From contig NC_018677.1 of the NCBI RefSeq assembly GCF_000300075.1, positions 60,001 through 92,000 on the forward strand: a stretch of 32,000 nt of DNA. The letters are read 5' to 3'. Within the stretch, counting starts at the first letter, position 1. Every line of letters begins with the position of its first letter. The DNA comes from Candidatus Saccharimonadota bacterium. GTDB lineage: Bacteria; Pseudomonadota; Gammaproteobacteria; Johnevansiales; Johnevansiaceae. Made by a program: the position numbers and the translations under genes. This document shows positions 8,530-16,426 of this stretch, in pieces. The notes beneath the pieces are model-generated. The model did no database searches, was not told the origin of the DNA, and was given only the letters and a program-made list of their open reading frames with translations.

Positions 8530-9544
8530 TTTATTAAATATTGATGCTTATATGATTGTATTTATAGATGGTAAACTGTCAAAAAAATACTCAAATGTAA
8601 TTAACTCATGTGAAGTAAATATAATTTATTTAAAAAATAATCTTATGAATAAAGAAACTGATAAAATAAAAAAAAAATATTACACTTATAGTGGTTTAAT
8701 ACTTAATTTAAAATCAAATATAAAAATAAAAAAACCAATTTATATGTTACATATTTCAAAACAAAAAATATATAAACAAATTAATTTAAAAATATTAGTT
8801 TTGGTTGAGAAAAAGCTAAAAATACAAATTTTAGAGCATTATATAAATAAAAGTAGCAACAAACATATAAATAATATAAAAATGGAAATGAATATTAGTG
8901 ACGAGGCAAAGATTACATGGTTTCATTTAGTTGCTTTAAATACAATAGATTATTGTTTATCAAATATTGTTGTAAATCTAAGTAAATATAGTAATTGTGA
9001 GTTTTATAATATAAAGATATATAGCTATTTTTTGTATTATAACTTAGAAATTAATTTAAAAGATGAATATAGTAAATGTGATGTGGTAGGGTTGTTTTCT
9101 CCGAAAGATAAAAATTTTATAAGAAATAACATAATTATTAATCATATAACGAGTTTTACAAAATCTAATGTAAATTATAAAGGTTTAATAAGTTCGACAG
9201 GACTTTTACATTGTTATATCAACATAAAAAAAAATATAAAAAATATATATGGCATTCAAAAATCTTCAAATATATTATTGTCTAATAAGGCTACGATTAA
9301 AACAAATCCGAAATTAAAAATAAAATCAAAAGATGTGGTCTGTACACATAAAACTATTGTTGGTAAAATAAATGAAGATTATATTTTTTATTTGAGAACA
9401 AGAGGATTAACAAAACCGTTAGCTAAATCATTAATATTATTAAGTTTCATTAATGACTTTTTAACTAAAATTGAAATAAAAGCGTTTAAACGATATTTAG
9501 GTTGTACAAAAATAATAAAGTTAAAAGATGCTTATAGACAATAA
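8522..9544 (+). CDS. sufD: Fe-S cluster assembly protein SufD, N-terminally short and highly diverged
   Basis: Position between sufC and sufS. C-terminal similarity KPKLKIKSKDVVCTHKTIVGKINEDYIFYLRTRGL to SufD ([35 protein letters not shown]). The track ORF starts at TTG 8507. The in-frame ATG at 8522 gives an ATGTGTGA overlap with the sufC stop and is preferred. Confidence 0.85.
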   Translation: MCDLLNIDAYMIVFIDGKLSKKYSNVINSCEVNIIYLKNNLMNKETDKIKKKYYTYSGLILNLKSNIKIKKPIYMLHISKQKIYKQINLKILVLVEKKLKIQILEHYINKSSNKHINNIKMEMNISDEAKITWFHLVALNTIDYCLSNIVVNLSKYSNCEFYNIKIYSYFLYYNLEINLKDEYSKCDVVGLFSPKDKNFIRNNIIINHITSFTKSNVNYKGLISSTGLLHCYINIKKNIKNIYGIQKSSNILLSNKATIKTNPKLKIKSKDVVCTHKTIVGKINEDYIFYLRTRGLTKPLAKSLILLSFINDFLTKIEIKAFKRYLGCTKIIKLKDAYRQ

Positions 9545-9546
9545 AA

Positions 9547-10785
9547 ATGTTAATAAATTATATAAAACTAAAAAACAAAATTCTTAAAATAAGAGAAGAG
9601 TTTCCTATATTAAAAAATTGTATACACAAACTATATGAGTTAATTTTTTTTGATAATGCAGCGACAAGTCAAATGCCAAACAATGTAATTAACATAATGA
9701 ATGAATATAATAACTATTATAATGCTAATATACATAGAGGAATAACTTATTTATCAAAGGAAGTTACAATAGCATATGAACGCACAAGAAAAATGGTTTG
9801 TAAAAGTATAAATGCAAAATATAAAGAAGAAATTATATTTACAAAAGGAACTACAGAATCTATTAATATAATATCAAATAGTTATGGTAATTTATTAGAC
9901 AAAGGAAGTGAAATTGTAATTTCTATGATGGAACATCATTCAAATATCCTACCTTGGAAAATTTTATCAATAAATAAAGGATTTAAATTAAAAATAATCC
10001 CAGTAACAGAAACTGGGTTAATAGATATAAAAAGATTTCACAACTTATTGACACATCAAACGAAATTAGTAGTTATAACACATGTTTCTAATGTATTAGG
10101 TACAACAAACAAACTTAACATATTATCAAAAATAGTTCATAAAAAACAAGCTTTAATATTAATAGATGGAGCGCAAGCTATTTCCCATAAAAAGATTGAT
10201 GTACAAAAAATAAAGATAGATTTTTATGTTTTTTCTGCCCATAAAACTTATGGTCCAACTGGAGTTGGTATACTATATGTACGGTTAGACATCTTAAACA
10301 AGATGGATCCTTGGCAATATGGTGGAGACATGGTAAAGTATTTTAGTTTTTTTAAAGAACAAATTATATATTCAGAATTACCTTACAAATTTGAAGCCGG
10401 TACACAAACAATATGTAATATTATAGCTTATTATTCGTCTTTAAAGTGGTTAACAAAAAATTTAAAGTTGATTAAAACTTGGGAAAAACTTTTAGTATAT
10501 TTTATCATTAAAGATTTTCAACAAATAAAAACAATTCATATTATAGGAAGAAGTAAAAAAGTTTCAGTGGTATCTTTTCTTATTGAAGGTATTAATTCAC
10601 ATGATATAGGGTTAGTATTGGATAAATATGGAATTGCTATTAGAACGGGCCATCATTGTGGCCAACCCATATTAACTAATTATGGAATAAATACAGTTTG
10701 TAGAGTCTCATTTGCCTTATATAATAATTTAGAAGAAATAAACACGTTTATAAGAACATTAAAAACACTAATAAAAATATTTTAA
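9547..10785 (+). CDS. sufS: Cysteine desulfurase SufS (class V aminotransferase)
   Basis: 412 aa. FFDNAATSQ, HHSNILPW, FSAHKTYGPTGVGILY (PLP lysine), RTGHHCGQP (active-site Cys loop). Confidence 0.96.
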   Translation: MLINYIKLKNKILKIREEFPILKNCIHKLYELIFFDNAATSQMPNNVINIMNEYNNYYNANIHRGITYLSKEVTIAYERTRKMVCKSINAKYKEEIIFTKGTTESINIISNSYGNLLDKGSEIVISMMEHHSNILPWKILSINKGFKLKIIPVTETGLIDIKRFHNLLTHQTKLVVITHVSNVLGTTNKLNILSKIVHKKQALILIDGAQAISHKKIDVQKIKIDFYVFSAHKTYGPTGVGILYVRLDILNKMDPWQYGGDMVKYFSFFKEQIIYSELPYKFEAGTQTICNIIAYYSSLKWLTKNLKLIKTWEKLLVYFIIKDFQQIKTIHIIGRSKKVSVVSFLIEGINSHDIGLVLDKYGIAIRTGHHCGQPILTNYGINTVCRVSFALYNNLEEINTFIRTLKTLIKIF

Positions 10786-10786
10786 C

Positions 10787-11851
10787 TTAGGTTCTATTAT
10801 AAGTGCTAGAAATAATAGCGCCACCGAAACAAATATTATTGTGATATAAAACAATTGTTTGTCCTTCAGTTATGCCTTTTTGTTTATATAAAAAAGAAAC
10901 TTTTATGTAATTTATAAAGTTATAAACGATACACTGTTGATCTATTTGTCTATATCGTATTTTAGCATATAAAGTAATTTTATTAATTGTTTTATCAAAC
11001 GGATTTTTAAGCCAAATTACATTATTTGCAATTAAAGAATTAGTATATAAAATTTTATTTTTGGTCTTAGCGACAGATAGAATATTTTTATGTATTTTTT
11101 TTTTTATAACATACCAAACAGTTTTATTAAAAGTTTTGGTGATATTAAATCCATTAGTTTGTCCATTTGTATAAAAGAAAAGGCCTTTATGTTGTCCGAT
11201 AATAAGGTTATTTTTTGTTACGATGTTACCAAAGTTAAACGGAAAAAACTTGTTTAAAAAAGATGTAAAGTTGTGATTTCCTACAAAACAAATACCAAAA
11301 GATTCTTGTTTAAAATTTAATTTATAAAAAAGAAAGTTTGCAAGTTTACGTATTTCAAATTTATTATAAAATCCTATAGGAAAAAGAAGTTTGTGAATAT
11401 AATATTTATTTATATTATAAAGGTAATAACTTTGATCTTTATTTAAATCAAGACTTTTAAAAAACAACTTATTTGTTAATCTAATATAATGGCCAGTTGA
11501 CATATAATCAGCGTTTAATACATTAAACGCATATTTTGTTAATAAATTAAACTTTATTTCTTTATTACATAAAGAATCTGGATTTGGGGTTTTACCATAA
11601 ATAAATTCTTGAAGAAAAGTTTTAAAAACATTACTCCAATATTCAGATGTAAAATTTACAATATGTAAAACTATTTTTAATCTATTACATATATATTTAA
11701 CATCAGAAACTTCGTTTTGTAGTTTACACTGACTGTTTAACTCCCAATTTTTCATAAATAACCCTTCAACCTTATATCCTTTTTGTAACAGTAAAAACGC
11801 ACATAAAGAAGAATCTATTCCTCCAGACATACATACAATAATTTTTTTCAT
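10787..11851 (-). CDS. mnmA: tRNA-specific 2-thiouridylase MnmA
   Basis: 354 aa. PP-loop MSGGIDSS at the N-terminus, then GLFMKNW, TPNPDSLCNKEIKF, STGHY, KDQSYYL. Confidence 0.95.
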   Translation of the reverse strand: MKKIIVCMSGGIDSSLCAFLLLQKGYKVEGLFMKNWELNSQCKLQNEVSDVKYICNRLKIVLHIVNFTSEYWSNVFKTFLQEFIYGKTPNPDSLCNKEIKFNLLTKYAFNVLNADYMSTGHYIRLTNKLFFKSLDLNKDQSYYLYNINKYYIHKLLFPIGFYNKFEIRKLANFLFYKLNFKQESFGICFVGNHNFTSFLNKFFPFNFGNIVTKNNLIIGQHKGLFFYTNGQTNGFNITKTFNKTVWYVIKKKIHKNILSVAKTKNKILYTNSLIANNVIWLKNPFDKTINKITLYAKIRYRQIDQQCIVYNFINYIKVSFLYKQKGITEGQTIVLYHNNICFGGAIISSTYNRT

Positions 11852-11857
11852 AATAAC

Positions 11858-12076
11858 TTACCGCGAACGATATATTATACGACCTTTTGTAAGATCATAA
11901 TGTGTTATTTCAACTTTTACTTTATCTCCTGTTAAAATTTTTATATAATTTTTTCTAATTTTACCAGATATATGTGCTGTTATAACATGCCCATTGTCTA
12001 ATTTAACTCTAAACATGGTGTTTGGTAATGTGTCTATAATTCTTCCTTCCATTTCTATTGTGTCTTTTTTTTTCAT
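11858..12076 (-). CDS. infA: Translation initiation factor IF-1
   Basis: 72 aa. [63 protein letters not shown] is near-canonical IF-1. Confidence 0.98.
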   Translation of the reverse strand: MKKKDTIEMEGRIIDTLPNTMFRVKLDNGHVITAHISGKIRKNYIKILTGDKVKVEITHYDLTKGRIIYRSR

Positions 12077-12104
12077 ATCTTCTTACTTCCTTACATATTT
12101 TTTA

Positions 12105-12133
12105 TTGACATTTTTTACCTTTGATTTAATAAT
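12105..12133 (+). promoter_or_regulatory. Candidate sigma70 promoter for the tRNA-Glu/tRNA-Gly (and possibly yadGH) transcript
   Basis: Perfect TTGACA at 12105-12110, a 17-nt spacer, then AATAAT at 12128-12133 (5/6 to TATAAT), about 14 nt upstream of the mature tRNA-Glu 5' end. AT-rich background makes -10-like hexamers common. Confidence 0.3.
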
Positions 12134-12146
12134 ATTATCTTATTCT

Positions 12147-12218
12147 GTCCCTTTCGTCTAGTGGTTAAGACACTGCTCTTTCACGGCAGTAACATGAGTT
12201 CAATTCTCATAGGGGACA
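12147..12218 (+). tRNA. tRNA-Glu (anticodon UUC)
   Basis: Cloverleaf folded by hand. Acceptor GTCCCTT/AGGGGAC, anticodon stem CTGCT/GGCAG, loop CTTTCAC. Close to E. coli tRNA-Glu. No encoded CCA. Confidence 0.92.
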
Positions 12219-12233
12219 AAAGAAAGAAGAAAG

Positions 12234-12307
12234 GCGGAAATAGCTCAGTTGGTAAGAGTGTCACCTTGCCAAGGTGAAGGTCGCGAGTTCGAGTCTCGTT
12301 TTCCGCT
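12234..12307 (+). tRNA. tRNA-Gly (anticodon GCC)
   Basis: GCGGAAATAGCTCAGTTGGTAAGAG...CCTTGCCAAGG...GTCGCGAGTTCGAGTCTCGTTTTCCGCT is nearly identical in architecture to E. coli tRNA-Gly(GCC). No encoded CCA. Confidence 0.93.
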
Positions 12308-12318
12308 AAGAAGGAAGT

Positions 12319-13257
12319 ATGAAAAAATTAGCATTAAATATAAAAAAATTAACAAAAATTTATAAAAAAAAGAATTATGCGTTAAAAAATATAAATTTAG
12401 AGGTTAGAAAAGGAGATTTTTTTGCAATATTGGGACAAAATGGAGCAGGAAAATCAACAACAATAGGAATAATAAGCTCTTTAATAAAAAAGACTTGTGG
12501 AAAAATAAAAATTTTTGACACAGATATAGATAAAGAAAATTCAAAAGCTAAATGTAATTTAGGTTATGTATCGCAAGAATACAATTTAAATCAATTTGAA
12601 AAGGTTGAAAATATTCTTTTTACACAAGCAGGATTGTATGGCATCTCAAAGAAGTTTTCTAAAGTACGTATTTATAAATTGTTACAAGATTTAAGTTTAT
12701 TTAAACAACGAGAAATAATAGTTAAAAAGTTATCAGGTGGAATGAAAAGAAGATTAATGATTGCGCGTTCTTTAGTACATAATCCAAACTTGTTGATTTT
12801 AGATGAACCAACAGCAGGGTTAGATATTGAATTAAGAAAAAATATATGGGATTATATGTACAATATAAATAAAAAAGAAAAGAAAACTATTATTTTAACA
12901 ACACACTATTTAGAAGAAGCTGAAAGATTGTGTAGAAATGTTGCAATTATAAAGAAAGGTAGAATTATAAAAAATACAAGTATGCAATCGTTATTAAGTA
13001 AAATAGATAGAAATACATTTTTATTAGAAACAAAACATCCTTTAAAAAAAATTCCTTACATTACAGGAGTAAAATTACAAAAAAAAGATTCTTATAACTT
13101 TATAATTTCATTAAAAAAAGGAACAAAATTAAATGAGATTTTTAATATATTTGATAAAGCTAACATAGAGATTGTGGCTATGCGGAATACTTCTAATAGA
13201 TTAGAAGAAAGGTTTTTAAATATAATTGAAAAAGCTAACATAGAGTATAAGATTTGA
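12319..13257 (+). CDS. yadG: ABC-2 type transporter, ATP-binding subunit (YadG-like)
   Basis: 312 aa. Walker A GQNGAGKST, signature LSGGMKRR, Walker B LLILDEPTAGLD, THYLEEAE. SD-like aaggaag upstream. 4-bp overlap with the partner permease. Confidence 0.88.
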   Translation: MKKLALNIKKLTKIYKKKNYALKNINLEVRKGDFFAILGQNGAGKSTTIGIISSLIKKTCGKIKIFDTDIDKENSKAKCNLGYVSQEYNLNQFEKVENILFTQAGLYGISKKFSKVRIYKLLQDLSLFKQREIIVKKLSGGMKRRLMIARSLVHNPNLLILDEPTAGLDIELRKNIWDYMYNINKKEKKTIILTTHYLEEAERLCRNVAIIKKGRIIKNTSMQSLLSKIDRNTFLLETKHPLKKIPYITGVKLQKKDSYNFIISLKKGTKLNEIFNIFDKANIEIVAMRNTSNRLEERFLNIIEKANIEYKI

Positions 13258-14015
13258 AACAAAAAAGAACTATTATAGCACTTAGTACATTAATTAAACG
13301 AGAAGTTGGTAGATTTTTACGAATTTGGCCACAAACTCTATTACCATCGTCAATTACTACTACCATGTATTTTTTTATTTTTGGTAAATTAATAGGTTGT
13401 AAATTAGGTAATATGGATGGTTTAAGTTATATAACTTATATATTTCCAGGTTTAATAATGATGGCGGTAATAACAAATAGTTATTCAAATGTAGCGTCTT
13501 CTTTGTTTGGTAATAAATTTCAACGTTCTATAGAAGAGTTACTCATATCTCCTATGCCTAGTTTTTTGCTAGTAGACGGTTTTATTTTAGGGGGGTTGTT
13601 TAGAGGTTTATTAGTAGGTTTAATTGTTACTTTTGTAGCTTTACTTTTTACAAAAATAAATATTGTACATCCTTTTTTAACAATAGTAATAGTGATTTTA
13701 ACATCTATATTATTTTCATTAGCAGGTTTTATTAATGCATTAGTAGCGAAAAAATTTGATGATATCTCAATTATCCCGAGTTTTGTTTTAACGCCTTTAA
13801 CTTATCTTGGGGGTGTTTTTTATAATATAAATTTACTACCAGAGTTTTGGAAAAATTTGTCATTAATCAATCCAATAGTTTATATTGTGAATACTTTTAG
13901 ATATGGGATTTTAGGTGGCTCAGATCTTGTTATAGGAAAATCATTAATTGCAATAATTATATTTATATTATTTTTTTATATAGTTTCATTACGTTTATTA
14001 AAAAAAGGTATATAG
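13254..14015 (+). CDS. yadH: ABC-2 type transporter permease (YadH-like)
   Basis: 253 aa with a TTG start overlapping the yadG stop. REVGRFLRIWPQTLLPSSITTTMYFFIFG...FPGLIMMAVITNSYSNVASSLFGNKFQRSIEELL...FVLTPLTYLGGVFY...LNPIVYIVNTFRYG aligns along its full length with E. coli YadH. Confidence 0.88.
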   Translation: MKQKRTIIALSTLIKREVGRFLRIWPQTLLPSSITTTMYFFIFGKLIGCKLGNMDGLSYITYIFPGLIMMAVITNSYSNVASSLFGNKFQRSIEELLISPMPSFLLVDGFILGGLFRGLLVGLIVTFVALLFTKINIVHPFLTIVIVILTSILFSLAGFINALVAKKFDDISIIPSFVLTPLTYLGGVFYNINLLPEFWKNLSLINPIVYIVNTFRYGILGGSDLVIGKSLIAIIIFILFFYIVSLRLLKKGI

Positions 14016-14029
14016 TTAGTCTGAATATT

Positions 14030-14113
14030 GGAGAGGTGTCCGAGTGGACTAAGGAGCACATTTGGAAAGTGTGTAAGTTTTAGACTTCAAGGGTTCGAAT
14101 CCCTTTCTCTCCG
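14030..14113 (+). tRNA. tRNA-Ser (anticodon GGA), long variable arm
   Basis: GGAGAGGTGTCCGAGTGG...CACAT TTGGAAA GTGTG...GGGTTCGAATCCCTTTCTCTCCG. Type-II tRNA that matches the E. coli tRNA-Ser(GGA) layout. No encoded CCA. Confidence 0.9.
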
Positions 14114-14156
14114 TTAAATCAAAGAACATAAAGATCATTAGGAGAATAAAATAAAT

Positions 14157-15095
14157 ATGCAAATAGGTATTATTGGTTTAGGTAAAATGGGAGGTAATAT
14201 TTCTAAAAAATTTTTAAAAAATAAATATACTTGTTATGTTTTTGATAAAAATAGAAAGAATATAAAACACATAGAAAAAAGGGGAGCACTAGGCGTAAAC
14301 TCTTTAAAATGCTTGGTTTTAAGTTTATCGAACCCTAGAACAATTTTGTTAATGTTGCCAGCAGGGAAAATAACGGAAAAAATCATTTTAAAAATCACAA
14401 AATATATGGAAAAAGGAGATACGATTTTAGATGGGAGTAATGGGTATTTTAAAAAAGATATCAAAAGATCTGAACAATTATTTATAAGAGGAATTAATTA
14501 TCTAGATGTAGGTGTTTCAGGGGGAATATGGGGTTTAAAACGAGGTTATTGTATGATGATCGGAGGAAATAAAAAGATTTTTGAAAAAAAAACGACTATA
14601 TTTTTTAGTTTATCTTCAGACAATTCAAAATGTTATATGTATTGTGGTAAAGTTGGTTCAGGGCATTTTGTTAAAATGATACATAACGGTATAGAGTATG
14701 GAATGATGCAATCTTATGCCGAAGGTTTTGATATAATTCATAATATAAACAACAAACATGTACTTTATAAACATCGTTATAACTTAAATATATATGATAT
14801 TTCTGAAATATGGCGTAGAGGAAGTGTAATTGAGTCTTGGTTGTTAGATTTGATTTCTATTTCTTTAGCGCACGATGTCACTCTCAATGATTTTAGTGGT
14901 AAAGTGAATGATTCAGGTGAAGTGCGATGGCTTGTACAAACAGCTTTAGAAGAATCAATGCCCTTAGACGTTTTAACTACCTCTTTATATGTTCGTTTTA
15001 AATCGAGGTATAATAATAGATATGGTGATAAATTGCTATCAGCTATGCGCAAACAGTTTGGTGGCCATATAGAACTTTTATATCCTTCTTCCTAA
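14157..15095 (+). CDS. gnd: 6-phosphogluconate dehydrogenase (decarboxylating), short YqeC/Gnd-like form
   Basis: 312 aa. Rossmann IGIIGLGKMGGN at the N-terminus, GSGHFVKMIHNGIEYGMMQSYAEGF signature, RRGSVIESWLLDL, and C-terminal RKQFGGH. Confidence 0.8.
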   Translation: MQIGIIGLGKMGGNISKKFLKNKYTCYVFDKNRKNIKHIEKRGALGVNSLKCLVLSLSNPRTILLMLPAGKITEKIILKITKYMEKGDTILDGSNGYFKKDIKRSEQLFIRGINYLDVGVSGGIWGLKRGYCMMIGGNKKIFEKKTTIFFSLSSDNSKCYMYCGKVGSGHFVKMIHNGIEYGMMQSYAEGFDIIHNINNKHVLYKHRYNLNIYDISEIWRRGSVIESWLLDLISISLAHDVTLNDFSGKVNDSGEVRWLVQTALEESMPLDVLTTSLYVRFKSRYNNRYGDKLLSAMRKQFGGHIELLYPSS

Positions 15096-15152
15096 TTACT
15101 TCTTTTTTTTTTACTTGTTGTTTTCTTTTTTCTTTATAGTCTTTTTTATACC

Positions 15153-15193
15153 AACATCAAACATCAAACATCAAACATCACCTATCACCTATC
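15153..15193 (+). repeat. Heptamer microsatellite (aacatca)x4 followed by (cctatca)x2
   Basis: aacatca at 15153, 15160, 15167 and 15174, then cctatca at 15181 and cctatc at 15188. Confidence 0.95.
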
Positions 15194-15410
15194 TAACATC
15201 TATAACTTCTTACTAACAACCAAATATCAACTTCTTACTACCAACATCTAACAACAAAATGGCTAACTAACTAACTAAAACATATAAACACCAACTACTA
15301 AACTATAACCATATAAATACAATAATATAACATATAAACACAACAAACTAAATAACGAAACACAAAAATATAACAGAAGACAAGATACTAAACTTCAAAA
15401 TTATAACTAG

Positions 15411-15445
15411 AAACAACAAACAACAAACAACAAACATCAAACATC
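15411..15445 (+). repeat. Heptamer microsatellite (aaacaac)x3 followed by (aaacatc)x2
   Basis: Five consecutive 7-mers read directly from the sequence. Same motif family as 15153-15180. Confidence 0.95.
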
Positions 15446-16164
15446 TACCTACAAACTACTTAAATACACACATATAACTACAAACTAATAACTTATAAAC
15501 ATATTATATAAAAAATAAATAATAATAACATATATATGTATAAAATATAAAAAACTATATATAAATACAAACTTTTAAAAGCAACAAATAACATCTAAAT
15601 AAAAACAAACTAACAACTCTAACCTCTAACATTCTTTATTCATACATATAACATCTAATAACTAACATAACTTTAATATTACATATTAGTAATTAATATA
15701 ACCGAAACCAATAAAACAACACCAGCAAATATATAAATTCTAAATAACATAGAACAATATAACGAAATAACAATATACCATATATAAACAACATATATGG
15801 AAAGATAAAGGCAGATAAAAAAAAAGAAAGCAAACATATGATATCTAATAACATCATCTAAATAACATTAAACATATAACTTAGAAGAAAAGAAACATCT
15901 AACAGCAAAAATTACACTAAACATATAACATAAATAAAAAAGCTATAAAAAGGGAAAGATAATTAAGAACAACACATCTAAACACTAAATATTAAATATA
16001 ACAGGTAATAAAAAACAAAAAATTATAAATGCTAACAGCTATAAACATAAAAACTTAAGAATTAAGAAAAATAAAACTGCAAAAAACAAAGAATCAGATG
16101 AGCAATACTGCAAAACTACACTATATAAGTAAATAACACAGAACAAAGCATGCCACATAAACAG

Positions 16165-16235
16165 GCGAACATAGTTTAAGGGTAAAACATTAGCCTTCCA
16201 AGTTAATGATACGGGTTCGATTCCCGTTGTTCGCT
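16165..16235 (+). tRNA. tRNA-Gly (anticodon UCC), glyT-like
   Basis: GCGAACATAGTTTAAGGGTAAAACATTAGCCTTCCAAGTTAATGATACGGGTTCGATTCCCGTTGTTCGCT parallels E. coli glyT. Anticodon loop CTTCCAA. Confidence 0.9.
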
Positions 16236-16242
16236 AATAATC

Positions 16243-16315
16243 GCTCATGTAGCTCAGTTGGTAGAGCACACCTTTAGTAAAGGTGAGGTCAACGGTTCAA
16301 TTCTGTTCATGAGCT
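16243..16315 (+). tRNA. tRNA-Thr, thrT-like body with anticodon AGU (A at wobble position 34)
   Basis: GCTCATGTAGCTCAGTTGGTAGAGCA CACCT TTAGTAA AGGTG AGGTC AACGG TTCAATT CTGTT CATGAGC T. Aligns position-for-position with E. coli thrT (CACCC TTGGTAA GGGTG), so the anticodon is AGT at 16276-16278. Confidence 0.85.
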
Positions 16316-16333
16316 CAAGCAGTTATAGTTGTA

Positions 16334-16406
16334 AGGTCAGTAGCTCAATTGGTAGAGTAGCGGTCTCCAAAATCGAAGGGTGGGGGTTCAATTCCCTCCT
16401 GGCCTG
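16334..16406 (+). tRNA. tRNA-Trp (anticodon CCA)
   Basis: AGGTCAGTAGCTCAATTGGTAGAGTAGCGGTCTCCAAAATCG...GGGGGTTCAATTCCCTCCTGGCCTG. Loop CTCCAAA. Canonical position just upstream of secE. Confidence 0.92.
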
Positions 16407-16426
16407 AAGAAAAAATAGGAAAAACG

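Larger units (their letters stand above)
15096..16164. other. 1.07-kb non-coding A/C-rich, G-depleted block
   Basis: No ORF in the track. Hand count of 15181-15420 gives C=54, G=7 in 240 nt. Recurrent motifs are acatctaa (7 or more copies), aacatataa(a)c, and heptamer microsatellites. Confidence 0.85.

Noticed and set aside
16334-16406. Possible UGA-to-Trp recoding (genetic code 4), as seen in some tiny symbiont genomes
   Set aside because: The tRNA-Trp anticodon is CCA, not UCA. TGA terminates sufC, yadG, rplA and rplJ at the positions homology predicts. The conserved genes have no internal TGA.
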